Counted from the first letter of the stretch, positions 12,066 through 25,818 are shown. The stretch: DNA of 64,000 bases from Octopus sinensis (GCF_006345805.1 NC_042997.1:24366001-24430000); one strand, 5' to 3'. Notes: generated from the letters alone by a model not told the origin. Translations and numbers: made by a program.

Positions 12066-12619
12066 ATTTCTCTGCCGAATGTGTCAAACCACTGGCTTTA
12101 ACTTTCAATCTATCTCAGACACAAATTCTTTAGGGAAAAGAAATTAATATATTTCCTATGAGTCTTCTTTATCCTTATTTGTGTTCTTTACTTATTTAGA
12201 GGAAGAATGTTGCAATCAATACTGAAAGTAACTGGTCAAGCAATGGATATAAAGGAAAATAGCGGTGACAAAAAATAACCTCAGAAGCGGAGAGGAAAGA
12301 GGAAGTCTACAGCGTGTAAAAATAACAGAGGCGATTATTTATTAGACACCTCCACTAAGAAAAAACATTGGCTGTTGAATGGGAAGATGTTTTGTTAGAA
12401 AAGTGATCTAAAATTTAGCAGAGCGTATAAAGAAATATATATATATCTTTAATTATCTAGATGGTCTTTGTGGCAGCTCTAACAAAGTGGATTTAGACTC
12501 GCTTAAGAGCAATCTGATACCTAAGCCATTTAATTCTCATTTGAGGAAAATGAATGTAAGTTACCATGACTTGAGTCACATTTCAGCGTCTACGATGATA
12601 TGCGAAGTGACATATAATA

Positions 12620-13233
12620 TATATAATAAAATATTAGGGAATAAATCCAAACTTACAGGGAAAAATCAGATTTAGGATTAAAATCCAATTTTATAGTATA
12701 ACTATATTATATTATATTATATTAGAGATAAAACCACTATTAGGCAAATCAAACAGTGAAAAACATAAGCCAATACATAAAATTAATTTAATTTATATTA
12801 TTTTAAATATATATCAAAAGTATTAATATAAATTAAAATTAATATTTAACATTATAGTCGATTTTGATATAATCATAATTGTTAATTTTATGTTTCTAGT
12901 TTGATAATAGAGTTTATTATAAGTAAATTTATTATATTATCTATATCTTAAAAATATTGCTTAAATATTTCTGATTATTTTTTAAATATTTCAATTAAGC
13001 TGAAGATTCACCGTAACCGTAACTCGAATTATTAATTGAATTTAAATTATTGTTATTCGAATTGGTACAGCCACGAAACGATCGTAGTGTTTTACTCTTT
13101 ATCTTTTATTAAACTTTGAATACTTTTGATATTATTTTAAAATAATATAAATTAAATTAATGTTACGTATTGGCTTATGTTTTTCACTGTTTGATTTGCC
13201 TAATAGTGGTTTTATCTCTAATTTAATATAATA

Positions 13234-13240
<7 letters not shown>
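12620..13240. mobile_element. AT-rich fold-back mini-element (arms ~12706-12824 / 13119-13237) with degenerate hammerhead in the spacer
   Basis: ATTAGAGATAAAACCACTATTAGGCAAATCAAACAGTGAAAAACATAAGCCAATAC inverted at 13168-13222; CTGAAGA (13000) ... GAAACGATCGTA (13075-13086); related copies at 25490, 27930, 36050. Confidence 0.8.
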
Positions 13241-13301
<61 letters not shown>

Positions 13302-14269
13302 GCTGTTAATATTTTGCTACTTGATTATTCTAATTTTGTAGAAAGCTATGTGTGGAAAGATTCCTATTCGATTTTTCGATCCAGAAATTGAAAAAAAAAA
13401 TGTCTTGGTTGTGTTAAAGAATAGGTAGCCCTGTACTCTAGATCTATATTTGAGTCAATATGTTTTAAAGCTGAAACGATTAGCTTGACCAGGCTGCATA
13501 AATGATACGAACTTTAGAGGGTTGATAAAATAGTGCAATGTTTTTCTCTAACATTATATTTTTAAGGAGAGAAAGAGAAAGAGAGAGAAACAGACAGAGA
13601 GAGACAGAGACAGAGAAAGACAGACAAGGATAGAGAGAAAGAGAGAGACAGAGAGAGAGAGAGAGGAAGAGAGAAAGGGAAGACGTGTGTTTGTGTGCGT
13701 GTGTGTACATATGCCTTGCCGTGTATTTTGATTGAGTTTTAATGAATGATGGCTTGTATTTTGTGTTGGCAATGATATAGTATACTACAGGTAGACACAG
13801 ATTTGTAATATAAATATATATAGCGATATTAAATATTTGTGGAATATAGCTGATTATATCGTGTCCAATAGGTAAACTAGTATTTTATGGATTCCAGGAA
13901 GATGAAAAGCCATGCGCAATTTAAGCTAAGAATGTAAAGCACTGTGACTAAATAAGGCAACGCATTTTGGCGGACGCTGTCGGAAGCTGCATGACCACCA
14001 CTATTCTGTATCATAATACAGAAAACTTTTGGAGGGTGCAGAATTCGATTATACCGACCCAACTCTTACACGATCTTGAATATTTGAAATGCAATCCCGG
14101 GTGGATCTGAGCTCAGAGCTTTAAGAGACGTATCAAATACAAGAAAGTGATTCATCTAGCTTTCTAAGACTATACAAATACACTTATCTGATTTCAAATT
14201 TAGGCAAAAGCCCATCAAGTTCCATGGTAGGGAAAGTCAATTACATCGACTACAGTGCTCCCCAATTTC

Positions 14270-14430
14270 CAACTTTGCGTTCCGAGTTCAAATGCCGCCG
14301 TAGTCAACTTTGACTTTCATCCTTTCGGGGTTGGTAAAATAAATACCAATTGAGTACAAAGGTCGATGCAATAGATTTACCCATTCCCGCGAAATTTCTG
14401 GCCTTCTGCAAAAATATGGAACCAATATTT
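14270..14430 (+). mobile_element. Degraded family A SINE fragment
   Basis: CCGAGTTCAAATGCCGCCGTAGTCAACTTTGACTTTCATCCTTTCGGGG. Confidence 0.7.
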
Positions 14431-14779
14431 TGTTGAGGTTTCATGGTTTTCTTTGCCATCGTAGCGGCACGAGTTCTTTATGTGTTGGTCCACATTCTGT
14501 CAGCGATCTGTGGTGTGCGATATTTCAGCAACAGTATCTCTTTACATTGAATACTAACGCTTAGCAAGACAGATAACATTTTGGCCATTTACTCGTCATT
14601 ATGAAAGGTTTTGTTATTTCAGCGACAACAGATTACATCCGAAGTTGTGTATGCGTTGAGCAAATAGTTGGCTGTAATCTTTACGGGAAGCGCCTTTTGT
14701 ATAACCCTATCACTGTGCGTCTTTCATCTAGGCCTAGGTTGAGATATCTGGATAATCAGTGGTCATTGGCTTGAAACTC

Positions 14780-15750
14780 ATTAATAGTGACGATAGCTGG
14801 TGACCAGAATAAAATAGGTCAGTTTTCCTATTGATGGAACTTGCGGGCAAGTTCTACTTGGAGGCAAGTTCAGTATGTATAGTTTCGTTTCTCACTGAGT
14901 TTAGCAATTTGAAACTCTAGATGAGTAAGAAGATTCTCTGTCAATGATGTTCCATGTGATTTTTGCCCACACTTAATGAAGGAGGGCAGAGAGGTAAAAT
15001 TCCTTCATGTCCTTACTTCTCCAAAAATGTATGTCGTTCGTGTATCTCTATTTGAAATTGTTGGTTGTCATACCTGTATAGTGGTATATGGCTCCATTGG
15101 ATGTTGTGAGGATGTCTTTATAGAATACATTTTTAAAGGGAATAGGATCCTCCCAGGAGGCAGTTGATAAGATTTGAGCAGTTAGAGAGCGAAGTGTGGG
15201 TGAACAGCCTATAGTTGCGGGCAGTGTTGAAAGCGATATTTTCTAAGCATGAATAAACATCTATGATGATATTTATGGATTCTTGGAAATACAATTTCAT
15301 TAATATCGATTTATCTTGAGTCAATGAAAGATTACACTAGATGACCTTTCTCTTTTTAGCTTTCATAGGGTTACGGAGTGGCATGATTCGGAAGATTCTC
15401 TATACACATTAACGTTTAAACTGAGTCACTCCCCGCCACTGCCTCTTGATAGTGGAATTCAGGCTCGTTCAAGAAGCCACTGTCCGTCGATAGACTGAAG
15501 ATTCTTCGGCTGATACCTACGGCAAAGCTTCTAATTACAGCTCGGGGGATTTTTCAGTAGTAATCAAAATAAACAGTTTCCTCGTTTAGGTTTCTGTAAG
15601 GACAGAACATGAAAGTCTCTTTAAGATGATGGCTTGACCACTCCCTTCGGTAGTTATGCCATTAGATGTTAAGTTGCTAATTTTCTTGTATGCTTTGGTG
15701 ACGCTGTTTGTAAGGAATCCTTTCTGCTTAGGGAAGTTTGTTTAGCATAC
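14780..15750 (-). pseudogene. Penelope-like element relic: RT C-terminus, Cys-rich linker and GIY-YIG endonuclease
   Basis: Minus-strand translation with stops/frameshifts: KIPRAVIRSFAVGISRRIFSLSTDSGFLNEPEFHYQEA; NCSNLINCLLGG..CILYKDILTTSNGAIYHYTGMTTNNFK*RYTNDIHF; IDRESSYSSRVSNC..ETKLY. Matches the PLE C.C....CP..G.C...VY...Y.G.T...FK.R...H pattern. Confidence 0.75.
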
Positions 15751-16144
15751 GTTTTTCATTTAGTTAACAAATATGTGTACATTAGGTATTTCTTTATAGT
15801 ATTTCATGTAACTGATCAAAGATTTTTGGAAACAGTTTTAATTTTTTGATGTGGTTCTTCAAACGAGTTTCGAAATACATTGGCAGAAGAATTAGGATGA
15901 AGTAGTTGTTGCATCTTTTATAGTTTCTGACTTCAAAACTGCCGACAAAAACGTTCCTCTTTTGTCCCTTTAGACAGACAAAATGTAGTAGCATATATTT
16001 ATGGCCTTATCCCAATATATGCATGTATGTATTCGTACTCATTGTGACAAATAGTATCTTGGATTCGGTAGTTAGCCCAATTTAATTCATAAAAACAAAA
16101 TGACCACTACTCTTCTCTTGCTAATTGAAAACATTTTCAGTGCA

Positions 16145-16355
16145 AAAGACGAACTGGCAAAATCATTAGTACGCTAGGGAAAATGCTTAGGGGCATTTCT
16201 TCCATCTATACCTCCTGAGTTCAAATTCCGCTCAGTCGACTTAGTCCCCCTACCGGAGTCGATAAAATAAGTAGCAGCTGAGAACTGGGGTCGATGTAGT
16301 CGACTAATCCCTCACCTGAATTTGGTGATCGTGCCAAAATTTGAAAACCAATATT
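16145..16355 (+). mobile_element. Degraded family A SINE
   Basis: GAACTGGCAAAATCATTAG, CCTGAGTTCAAATTCCGC, GATAAAATAAGTAGCAG..CTGGGGTCGATGTAGTCGACT. Confidence 0.7.
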
Positions 16356-16444
16356 ATAACCTATTTGGAGCGTCAATTAGTTCACTAATGATATTTACGT
16401 GTATAGACACACACACGCGCGGATATATATATATCTATATATAT

Positions 16445-17129
16445 ATATATTCTCTTTTACTATTTTATCTTATACTTGTTTCAGTCATTTGACTGCGGCA
16501 ATGCTGGAGCACCGCCTTTATAGTCGAGCAAATCGGCCTCAGAGCTTATTCTTTGTAAGCCTAGTACTTTTTCAATCGGTTTCTTTTGCCGAACCGCTAA
16601 GTTACGGGGACGTAAACACACCAGCATCGGTTGTCAAGCGATGCTGGGGGACAAACAGACACACAAACATATAGACACACATATATATACGTATATATTT
16701 TTGGAAACAGTTTTATGTATTTACTCTCTTTTACTCTTTTACTTGTTTCAGTCATTTGACTGCGGCCATGCTGGAGCACCGCCGTTTTAGTCGAGCAACT
16801 CGACCCCGGGACTTATTCTGTTGTAAGCCCAGTACTTATTCTATCGGTCTCTTTGCCGAACCGCTAATGACGGGGACGTATACACACCAGCATCGGTTGT
16901 CAAGTAATGCTAGGGGGACAAACATAGACACACAAACACATACACACACACATATATATATATACATATATACGAGGCTTCTTTCATTTCCGTCTACCAA
17001 ATCCACTCACAAGGCATTGGTCGGCCCGGGGCTATAGCAGAAGACACTTGCCCAAGATGCCACGCAGTGGAACTGAACCTGGACCCATGTGGTTGGTTAG
17101 CAAGCTACTTCCACACAGCCACTCTACCG

Positions 17130-17199
<70 letters not shown>

Positions 17200-17403
17200 G
17201 ATATATATATTATATATATTATATACACATCAAATACTATACGAACGGGGCTTCTTCCAGTTTCCGACTACCAAATCCACTCACAACGCTTAGGTCGGCC
17301 CGAGGCTATTGTAGAAGACACTTGTCCAAGGTGCCACGCAGTGGACTGAACCCCGGACCATGTTGTTGGTAAGCAAGCTACTTACCACACAGCCACTCTT
17401 GCG

Positions 17404-17406
<3 letters not shown>
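16445..17406 (-). mobile_element. Cluster of family C SINEs: 3' half (16445-16700), full copy (16721-17129), 5' half (17241-17406)
   Basis: Same-orientation copies separated by (TA)n; head (minus) AGGCGCAAGAGTGGCTGTGTGGTAAG ... GGGTTCAGTCC. Confidence 0.9.
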
Positions 17407-17448
<42 letters not shown>

Positions 17449-17488
17449 TATATATATGAAGTTTGAATGTATGTATATTATATATATA

Positions 17489-17539
<51 letters not shown>

Positions 17540-18444
17540 TGTCACTGCTTAATCATTAGGCGTGTTTGTTTTTCATGCGTTTATCATGTATTCTTATTTT
17601 TTGTACATACTTTTTTAACATCTCTGAACGAACTTAAAGCTGTTGAATATCGTTAAATTTCATATCACCCATCATCACGCTTTGCGGCCTTTCACCAAAA
17701 CATCGACATTCTCCATCACTCGCCTAGTGACAGGCTGACAGTGATAAAGTGGACGAAATAGTTAACTGCGCAGCGTATGCTCTCCTCAATCCCACTCTCT
17801 GCTAGCATATAGTTGTCTCTCTTTCTTCTCCCTCCCCCCACACCTCATATCCTTCATACGATTTCTTCTGCTCAGTCTCGCTTCCTCTTACCGATATTAC
17901 CTCCCTTAATCAAGTTAAAAACTTCCACTGCGTTATTAGAACAGCAGCTCACTGAAATGTTGTCTGCGTATCAAAAGCCTAATCAATATACAATGAATCA
18001 CTTTATCACAACATATCATAGACATTCTATGCATTCTCTTAAATAGAGTGGACCGCCAAGAAAGAGATATGAAGTGGTGTAAATACGAATTCATTGTCTT
18101 GTATATTTCTTATTCCTTTCTCTTAACATTCGATTAAACATCGTAAAGATATATTCGATTCACTAAATTTCTAAGGCATAAATACAAGAATTTATTGCTT
18201 AAAAATACATAATTCTTCACCGTAATTTTTTCTTTTGCGTTTGCGTGTTGTCCTACACCCACTTCATTGTCTATGAGTGTATTTGAATACTATCGTTATG
18301 CTTCCAGGATACATGTGGTGGTATGATGTAGCAAGCATCGGTGCAAACAGGACAAACGTATCAATGTGTAAGATAGTAGAAGGTTGCATGCAGTAGGTGA
18401 ATATAGAAAGAGAGAAATATTATTTCCCTCCAAATTTGGTTCTC

Positions 18445-18678
18445 GTAAATAATAATAATAATATTAATAATAATAATAATGATAATGATAATAATAATAT
18501 TAATAATAATAATAATGATAATGATAATATAATATTAATAATAATAATAATGATAATAATAATATTAATAATAATAATAATAATATTAATAATAATAATA
18601 TAATAATATATTAATAATAATAATAATGATAATAATAATATTAAAATAATAAATAATAATATTAATAAAATAATAATG

Positions 18679-18710
<32 letters not shown>

Positions 18711-19220
18711 GATGGGCTACAGCAAATATTCTGCACTCAATACCACAGATTTGCTTGTCAGTTGTTTGACCTTAACCAGTTGAGCATGTCCCTAGTGGCT
18801 GACGATATTGCATCTCTGATCACGAGCAGAAGTAGTGGGGAGCATCATAGCCATGTGTTGAGAGGGATTCTTGGGTTTGAATAGTTCACCTCTGGAAACA
18901 TGGGTGGTTCTTTCAACATCCTTAAGCAACCCTTATTCAGGGACCGTTTGAGCGGGATGGGCTACTCAACCTGAGAAAATTCTAACTGGGCCCCACCTGC
19001 AAGGTCATGTGCTGTTTATCTTGATATGAGATCACCATGTCGCGCACATATGGTTGTGATGCATGTGCTGTTGTACCTTTATCAGACGGGTAGTCATGAT
19101 GGGTATATTGGGCTTCGTATATTTTACCCCAGTGTCACATGATGGCATGAACTGCTCTCTGCTCTCTCACTCAATAATAATATAATAATAATAATAATAT
19201 ATAATAATAATAAAATAATA
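18445..19220. mobile_element. ~465-bp element (18709-19172) embedded in (AAT)n on both sides (family D)
   Basis: Complex sequence between long AAT tracts; its right ~310 bp recurs at 43423-43731 with the same right end CTCTCTCACTC|AATAAT. Confidence 0.75.
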
Positions 19221-19339
19221 AAATCCTTTGTACTGAAAACACAGGCCTGAAATTTTGTAGGGGGGGGTTTAGTCGTTACATCTACCCCAGTGTTTCACTG
19301 GTACTTATTTTATCTACCCAGTAAGGATGAAAGAATTTG

Positions 19340-19565
19340 AATTCGAAACGTTAGCACGCCGGGCGAAATGCTTAGAGGTATTTCGTCTGCATTACGCTGT
19401 GAGTTCAAATTCCGCCGAGGTCGACTTTGCCTTTCATCCTTTCGGGGTCGATAAATTAGGTACCAGTTACGCACTAGGGTCGATGTAATCGACTTAATAC
19501 CTATGTCTGTCCATGTTTGTCCTCTCTGTGTTTAGCTCCTTGTGGGTAATAAAGGAATAGGTTAG
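19340..19565 (+). mobile_element. Family A SINE (preceded by an inverted family A fragment 19240-19335)
   Basis: CGAAACGTTAGCACGCCGGGCGAAATG ... GTGGGTAATAAAGGAATAGGT. Confidence 0.85.
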
Positions 19566-20120
19566 TTCCAATGTGAAAATAACAAATTCAAAGACCAGGA
19601 AGCATCATGTAGATGGTTCAGCTAGGGTGACCTAAAATCGATGAAAGCCTAATCATTACCGCATTGAATACCGATTCAGTGAAAAGGGATATATTCCACA
19701 CAAGTGCAACGAACCTTTGCATAATGTATGGGAAGATGGTAGATTAGAATACTTAATAGCATACAAATATATTTTAAGGCCGCTATATTGATTTGTTCTT
19801 TGTTTTTATCTTTTCGTTTTTTAATTAATAACGCCCACGCTCACGCTTGTACACAAACTGATTTAAATTCAATGTTACTGGATATGTGAATCCTTATATA
19901 AATAAGAAATTACGCGGAGGAGTTTCTTGGCCAAAAACAAAGAATTTTTAATAATTTTACTATGACCAAGAATTGAAACATTTGTGATTTACATTACTAT
20001 ATTGTATTATATTGTGATAATATAAAAATATAATATAATATGCTATTATGCTAATACATTTTCAATTTTAATTTTTGAATTCCCAATTGTTATACATCTT
20101 CATTTTCAATTATACATACT

Positions 20121-20153
<33 letters not shown>

Positions 20154-20156
<3 letters not shown>

Positions 20157-20460
20157 CGTGATCACCGTGACCGACCAGGCAATCAGATGTTGCTACACAT
20201 CGCTGGTCACAATGCGCTTCGCATTGTTTTAGCCTTTAAATGACGCCACCTCGCTGACTAAGCGAGCAGGCCAACAGAAGAAACAGTGGGAGGAAGAGTG
20301 GTGAAAGAGTACAGCAGAGATCACCACCCCCTGCCGGAGCGTCGTGGAGGTTTTAGGTGTTTTCGCTCAATAAACACTCACAACGCCCGGTCTGGAATCG
20401 AAACCGCGGTCCTACGACCGCGAGTCCGCTGCCCTAACCACTAGGCTATTGCGCCTCCAC
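20154..20460 (-). mobile_element. tRNA-derived SINE family B (alternative 3' tail)
   Basis: Minus-strand head GTGGAGGCGCAATAGCCTAGTGGTTAGGGCAGCGG; 3' part differs from the 5405 copy. Confidence 0.85.
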
Positions 20461-20488
20461 ACACAAGAAATAATATATATATATATAG

Positions 20489-20524
<36 letters not shown>

Positions 20525-21696
20525 AGATATATATATATCATATATATATAATAATATATATAATATGTAATATATTATATATGTATGTATATATATATGA
20601 TATATATATATAATATATATATATATATGTATATGTAATATATATGTATATGTAATATATATATATAGGTATATAATATATATATATAAGTGTGTTTATC
20701 CATATGTATAATATATATATTATATTCTGCTACTTTGCAAGTATAACATTTATATATATTTGCCTTTTTAAAATGATTTTATATATCTGATAATGATCTA
20801 TATATAATAAACATGTTCTTATAAGAATAAAACTATTTTATCTGGAATGTTTTTGTAATCTTTTTGTCAGTTTGGTAAGCCATATCCGAGGGGCTGCAAT
20901 TAGGTCGCTGCCGTACTCCGTGTTTGGTTCGTGTTATACAATTTTTTATCCGTTTTCATTACAAAGTGTTGCTATGAAGAACAAAACTGCCAATTTAGTT
21001 ATGTTTGTGCGTGCTTTCGAATTTAAGGAATGGTGTATTGCAAACTTTGTTCACCTACATAACTCTCTGAAACGTGCCAGAGTTGAGACAGAAATATTAT
21101 CTATTTTAATCTTAGTTAACTGAGTATCAACATACTTTGCAGCTATTTAAAGTAGCAGGCGAGTCAAGATGTAGAGTTTGAAATACAACAGGACGATGTA
21201 CAATATGTTCACTTGCTTGCTCAATGACCAAGCATTCTGATGGCATCGAGGTGGTGATAGTTATATCAAAGCTGTGTATTAATGAAAACAAAAATCGGTC
21301 CTGAGTATTATCTGTTTTCGTTATAGTTGCAAGTTCAGTTTAGTCAATCAACTACATGTTTACGCTTACTTTATTCACCTTTTGCTCAGCTTTTCCGAGA
21401 AACCAGTACACTGAGGCGCCACCCAGCATTACGTGTGTTATGGTTAGATAAGCTTGCCATAGTTAATATATTGAACAAATTGTCAAAGTTTAGGTGTGAA
21501 TTAGTGAAAGAGTGAAGAATGCCGAAAGACAGTTTCAGAGAAATATTTACACTAAAAATGAATGAAATAAAATCTAGGAACAGAAAAACAAATTAGTTTG
21601 TGAGCAAATGTTTTGAAGGACTGCGTGCTTAGGAGCAAGGGAAATAGAGTGTGGGAGCGTTTTTGGATACGGGTGTGTGTGTGTGTGTGTGTATGT

Positions 21697-21746
<50 letters not shown>

Positions 21747-22449
21747 AAATAAGAGAGGTGTGTGTGCCTGTGTATATGATTCTATGTGTTTGCTAAAGGA
21801 AGTATACCATTTTAATGTTTATAGGAAATAGGTTCCGACATCTATAACTGTTAATAAACTTTTGGAAATTAATCAAAACGAAGAAGAAAAAAGTCTTTCA
21901 TACTTACTGACTGAAATTGGGTGTGATATGTGCAATAACCATAAACTATTTGGGATAAGGAAATTTCCTTGGATAATTTTTTTTAAGGGTGCTGCTCATA
22001 AGATTTTGGTTCGTCTACAGGAAGTGCGGTGGGTAAATGCAAATCTGGAATGGCTATTAGTGGAAGTAATTATATTATAAACAATGAAAATATGTTTTCT
22101 GTTATAGTAACGAAATCTTAATCATTTATAAATAATTAATTAATTTATCCGAATATGGGACAATTAAGTAAGAATATGCTTTAAAAATAAGTATGTAACC
22201 AAAGAATTCAAGATTACCGAAATTAGTGTGGAATGTCAACAATCAGAATGCAAAGAATTATCAAGAATATGACATGAGTTATTTCAGAAGCGCGCGCATA
22301 TACACATACAAGCGTATACACCCATATGTATATATGTGAGTATGTACATATATTTTTAGAAACTAAATGTTTATATCATGGCTTGTGATTCAAGATGCCT
22401 CGAACTTCACTGGCTCTGCAACTTCTTTGTGTAAGTCTGTATGTTTCTA

Positions 22450-22463
22450 TGTATACACGTATG

Positions 22464-22497
<34 letters not shown>

Positions 22498-22682
22498 TGT
22501 ATGTATGTATGTATGTATGTATGTATTATGTATGTATGCATGTATGTATGTGTGTGTGTATGTATGTATGTATGTATGTATGTATGTATGTATGTATGTA
22601 TGTATGTATGTATGTATGTATGTATGCATGTATGTATGTGTGTGTGTATGTATGTATGTATGTATGTATGTATGTATGTATG

Positions 22683-22716
<34 letters not shown>

Positions 22717-22718
22717 TG

Positions 22719-22752
<34 letters not shown>

Positions 22753-23035
22753 TGTATGTATGTGTGTGTGTATGTGAGTGTGCGTGTGTGCATGTATGTA
22801 TGTGCGTATGTGTGTATCTGTGCATGTGTGTATGTATGTATGTGCGTATGTATGTATGTGCGTATGTATGTATGTATGTGTGTGTGCATGTGTGTATGTG
22901 TGTGTATGTCTGTATGTGTGTATGTACGTGTATGTATGTATGTGTGTATGTATGTGTGTATGTGTATGTATGTATGTATGTATGTATGTATGTATGTATG
23001 TATGTATGTATGTATGTATGTATGTATGTATGTGC
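22450..23035. repeat. Long (TATG)n/(TG)n microsatellite (~585 bp)
   Basis: Direct inspection; source of the spurious MYVC/HTYI ORFs. Confidence 0.95.
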
Positions 23036-23909
23036 TAATTTTTCGTATGTAGGAATGGTAGTGGTTCTGATTTCAGCTTTCACCAGTTTCGAAACCTATT
23101 ACATTTGACTACACCAGTACTGAGTTCTTTCATCTTAGTGTATGTGTGTGTGTTTGCGTGCTTGTGTGTTTGTTTGTCTGTGTGTGTGTGCCTGTGAGTG
23201 TGTGTTTGTGTGTGACATATCTCTTATGTATCTACTTCAGATATAGAATCTGTGAACGCAGCTATCCTTTTAAAAGGTCGCATATTTGGAATGAATGTAA
23301 TCAAGTATTGTAGAATAAAAATTCACCAGTACTGCCACAGTTGTTTTAACGTATATTTGTTTTAATGTATCCTCCAGTATATGAGACGTCTTAAATGATA
23401 CATGATATTAGCGCTCAATATATCTGCATCAAATTGTATTAATAAGAGCATACTGATCACTTATGCATCAGTCAATATGCTTTGATATTTAAACCAAGTG
23501 TTGGTTTAGTTCTCTCTCATTCAAACTATCACGTCCTGACGTGTCGCTGTATCAAAACGTAGGAGTGTGTCTATATCTTTACGCGACTACAGAAGCAACT
23601 AAAACATTTCGAGAACATATTACGAAACAGTAGATGTCGCGGGTGACGGCTGTTTCGAAGTATGAGCGTATTTGCACATTTCTGTTGTGTATTTCGGGGT
23701 GTCATGGAGGGCTGCACTTTTGGTAGCAGCCCTGCTATTCCTAATCAGGACAACTCATACACTCGTGCTTCCCACCAATTGCCAAACTCTTATCTGAAGC
23801 CCCCGAAACTGTCTCCATTCGGCGCTATGTAATTTGTTTTGTTTTCCTTCTCAGCATTGAATATTACTGTCTCCTGTCCTAGGATTCGTACGGCAGGTTT
23901 ATATGACGT

Positions 23910-24318
23910 ATCATCATCATCATGTCTAGTTTCCTCGGACATCTTTAACCTGTGCACAGCATCCATACCAGTCCCGCATTAGTTGAGGGAGATTCGGGAA
24001 GTTAACCTATATACGTGGTGTTCAGATGGCCTGCTCCATTACAGCCGTGCTTAGGTGTCCATAGCAGTAGATCTCTTGTCAGTTCTTGTTTAGACCGCCA
24101 TCAATGTCCCGCAAAGTGCAAGCGTCTTTCCCTTATAATAGTGAAAACAGGCAAGATATCTCCTACAATTGTTTCTTACCGGGTTGCGTTCTAGCAGATA
24201 TATTTATGACTGTTCTTGACATTCTCATGTAAGTTCTATTTAGCTTCAATTCCATTGTTTTGGTAAATGTTCTGGCTCTTGCTCAATATAAAAAAGACTG
24301 ACTCTACCGCTGCACGAA
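23910..24318 (-). pseudogene. RTE-clade LINE 3' end relic with (TGA)n tail
   Basis: FRAAVESVFLY*ARARTFTKTMELKLNRTYMRMSRTVINIS resembles RTE FRATVESVLLYGSETWTLTK..E.RLDGTYTRMLR.VLNISW; (TGA)4 at 23911-23923. Confidence 0.7.
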
Positions 24319-24649
24319 AAAAAAAAAATTGGAATCATACAAATAAAGAGTAAAATAAGAGCTGTCGGACTGAAGATATTCTCTGAAGCTTCTGCAATAG
24401 TATATAATGGTGGTAAAATTGGCAAATGGACAGAAGGCTGTATACAACAATTTCCAAAGATTTGGGTTTCACAAAGTATTTCAGAGGCATCATATTTACA
24501 TCCATCTCTAAAAAATTATAATTCATTCCTACTCAAAAGGAAGCAACCAGAACTTGAGAAAATATTGAGAAAAAAATCAAAATGACATCAGAAAAATATG
24601 GCGTATAATTGAGCGAAATTAGAACATTCATTAATTATTTACATTCGAA

Positions 24650-24755
24650 TGGACCGGAGCAACGTGAAATGAAGCAGTTTGCTCAAGAACAAAAGGTACC
24701 ACCTAGCTCGGGAATCGAAACCACGATCTCGCGATCGGGAGGGCTACGCCGTAAG
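24650..24755 (-). mobile_element. CORE-like SINE head fragment
   Basis: GGAGCAACGTGAAATGAAGCAGTTTGCTCAAGAAC (reverse CORE-like) followed by GGGAATCGAAACC (reverse B box). Confidence 0.55.
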
Positions 24756-25139
24756 CATTAGTCTGCGGCTGTAATTTGTGTGCGGATATAATCTGTTAGA
24801 AATAGCAACCATATTTGCTTTAGATTACACCTTGATAATTTAAAATATTGGTGGGCACACATTTGTAAATGTAGTCTTACACTCTCTCCATGAGAGATGG
24901 TCATGGCTGAAGCAACTTTGCTGATAATGTGTTTGATGAAAGCTGCTGTATCATTAAACATCAAGATACAGAAAAAGAAAAACGTGTCGCTGTGTATCTG
25001 CTATCGTTCCGTTTGACAAAAATACATAACTATTTCAATAGTTAACACCAGTTATAATAAACTAATATGCTTACATACACACACACACAATACACACACA
25101 TACACACATACACACACAAACGCGCGCACACTCACACAC

Positions 25140-25674
25140 TCACACACACACACACACACGCACACGCACACATATATATATATATATATACACATGTATG
25201 CATGAATATATTTATGTGTCTGTATACATATGTGTGTTTGCGCGCGTATATATATATATATATATTATAATATAGAGAGGAGAGAGAGAGAGAGAGAGAG
25301 ATGCTATGTATACTAAGATAAAGAACGAGATAGGGATATATATAGATATAATATATATATATAAAATATATATATATATAAAAATAAATAAAATAAAATA
25401 ATATATAAATATAAAAATATACATACATATATATATATATATAAAATTTATAAGTTTAAATTATTTATTAATATTTTATTTTAACTTTTATATTTTTAAA
25501 TTAATTTTATGTATTGGCTTATGTTTTTCACTGTTTGATTTGCCTAATAGTGGTTTTATCTCTAATATAATATAATATAATATAATATAATATAATTATA
25601 CTATAAAATTGGATTTAATCCTAAATCTAATTTTTCCCTGTAAGTTTAGATTTATTCCCTAATATTGTTATTAT

Positions 25675-25736
<62 letters not shown>

Positions 25737-25787
25737 CACATGTATGCATGAATATATTTATGTGTCTGTATACATATGTGTGTTTGC

Positions 25788-25818
<31 letters not shown>

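Noticed and set aside
17650-18050. Possible LINE RT fragment (YADNI on minus strand)
   Set aside because: Single motif amid stops; not enough to assign.
22367-23108. Long ORFs up to 237 aa (MYVC/HTYI repeats) and similar YIYI, IIII, LSLS ORFs elsewhere
   Set aside because: Translations of stop-free microsatellites; no coding complexity.
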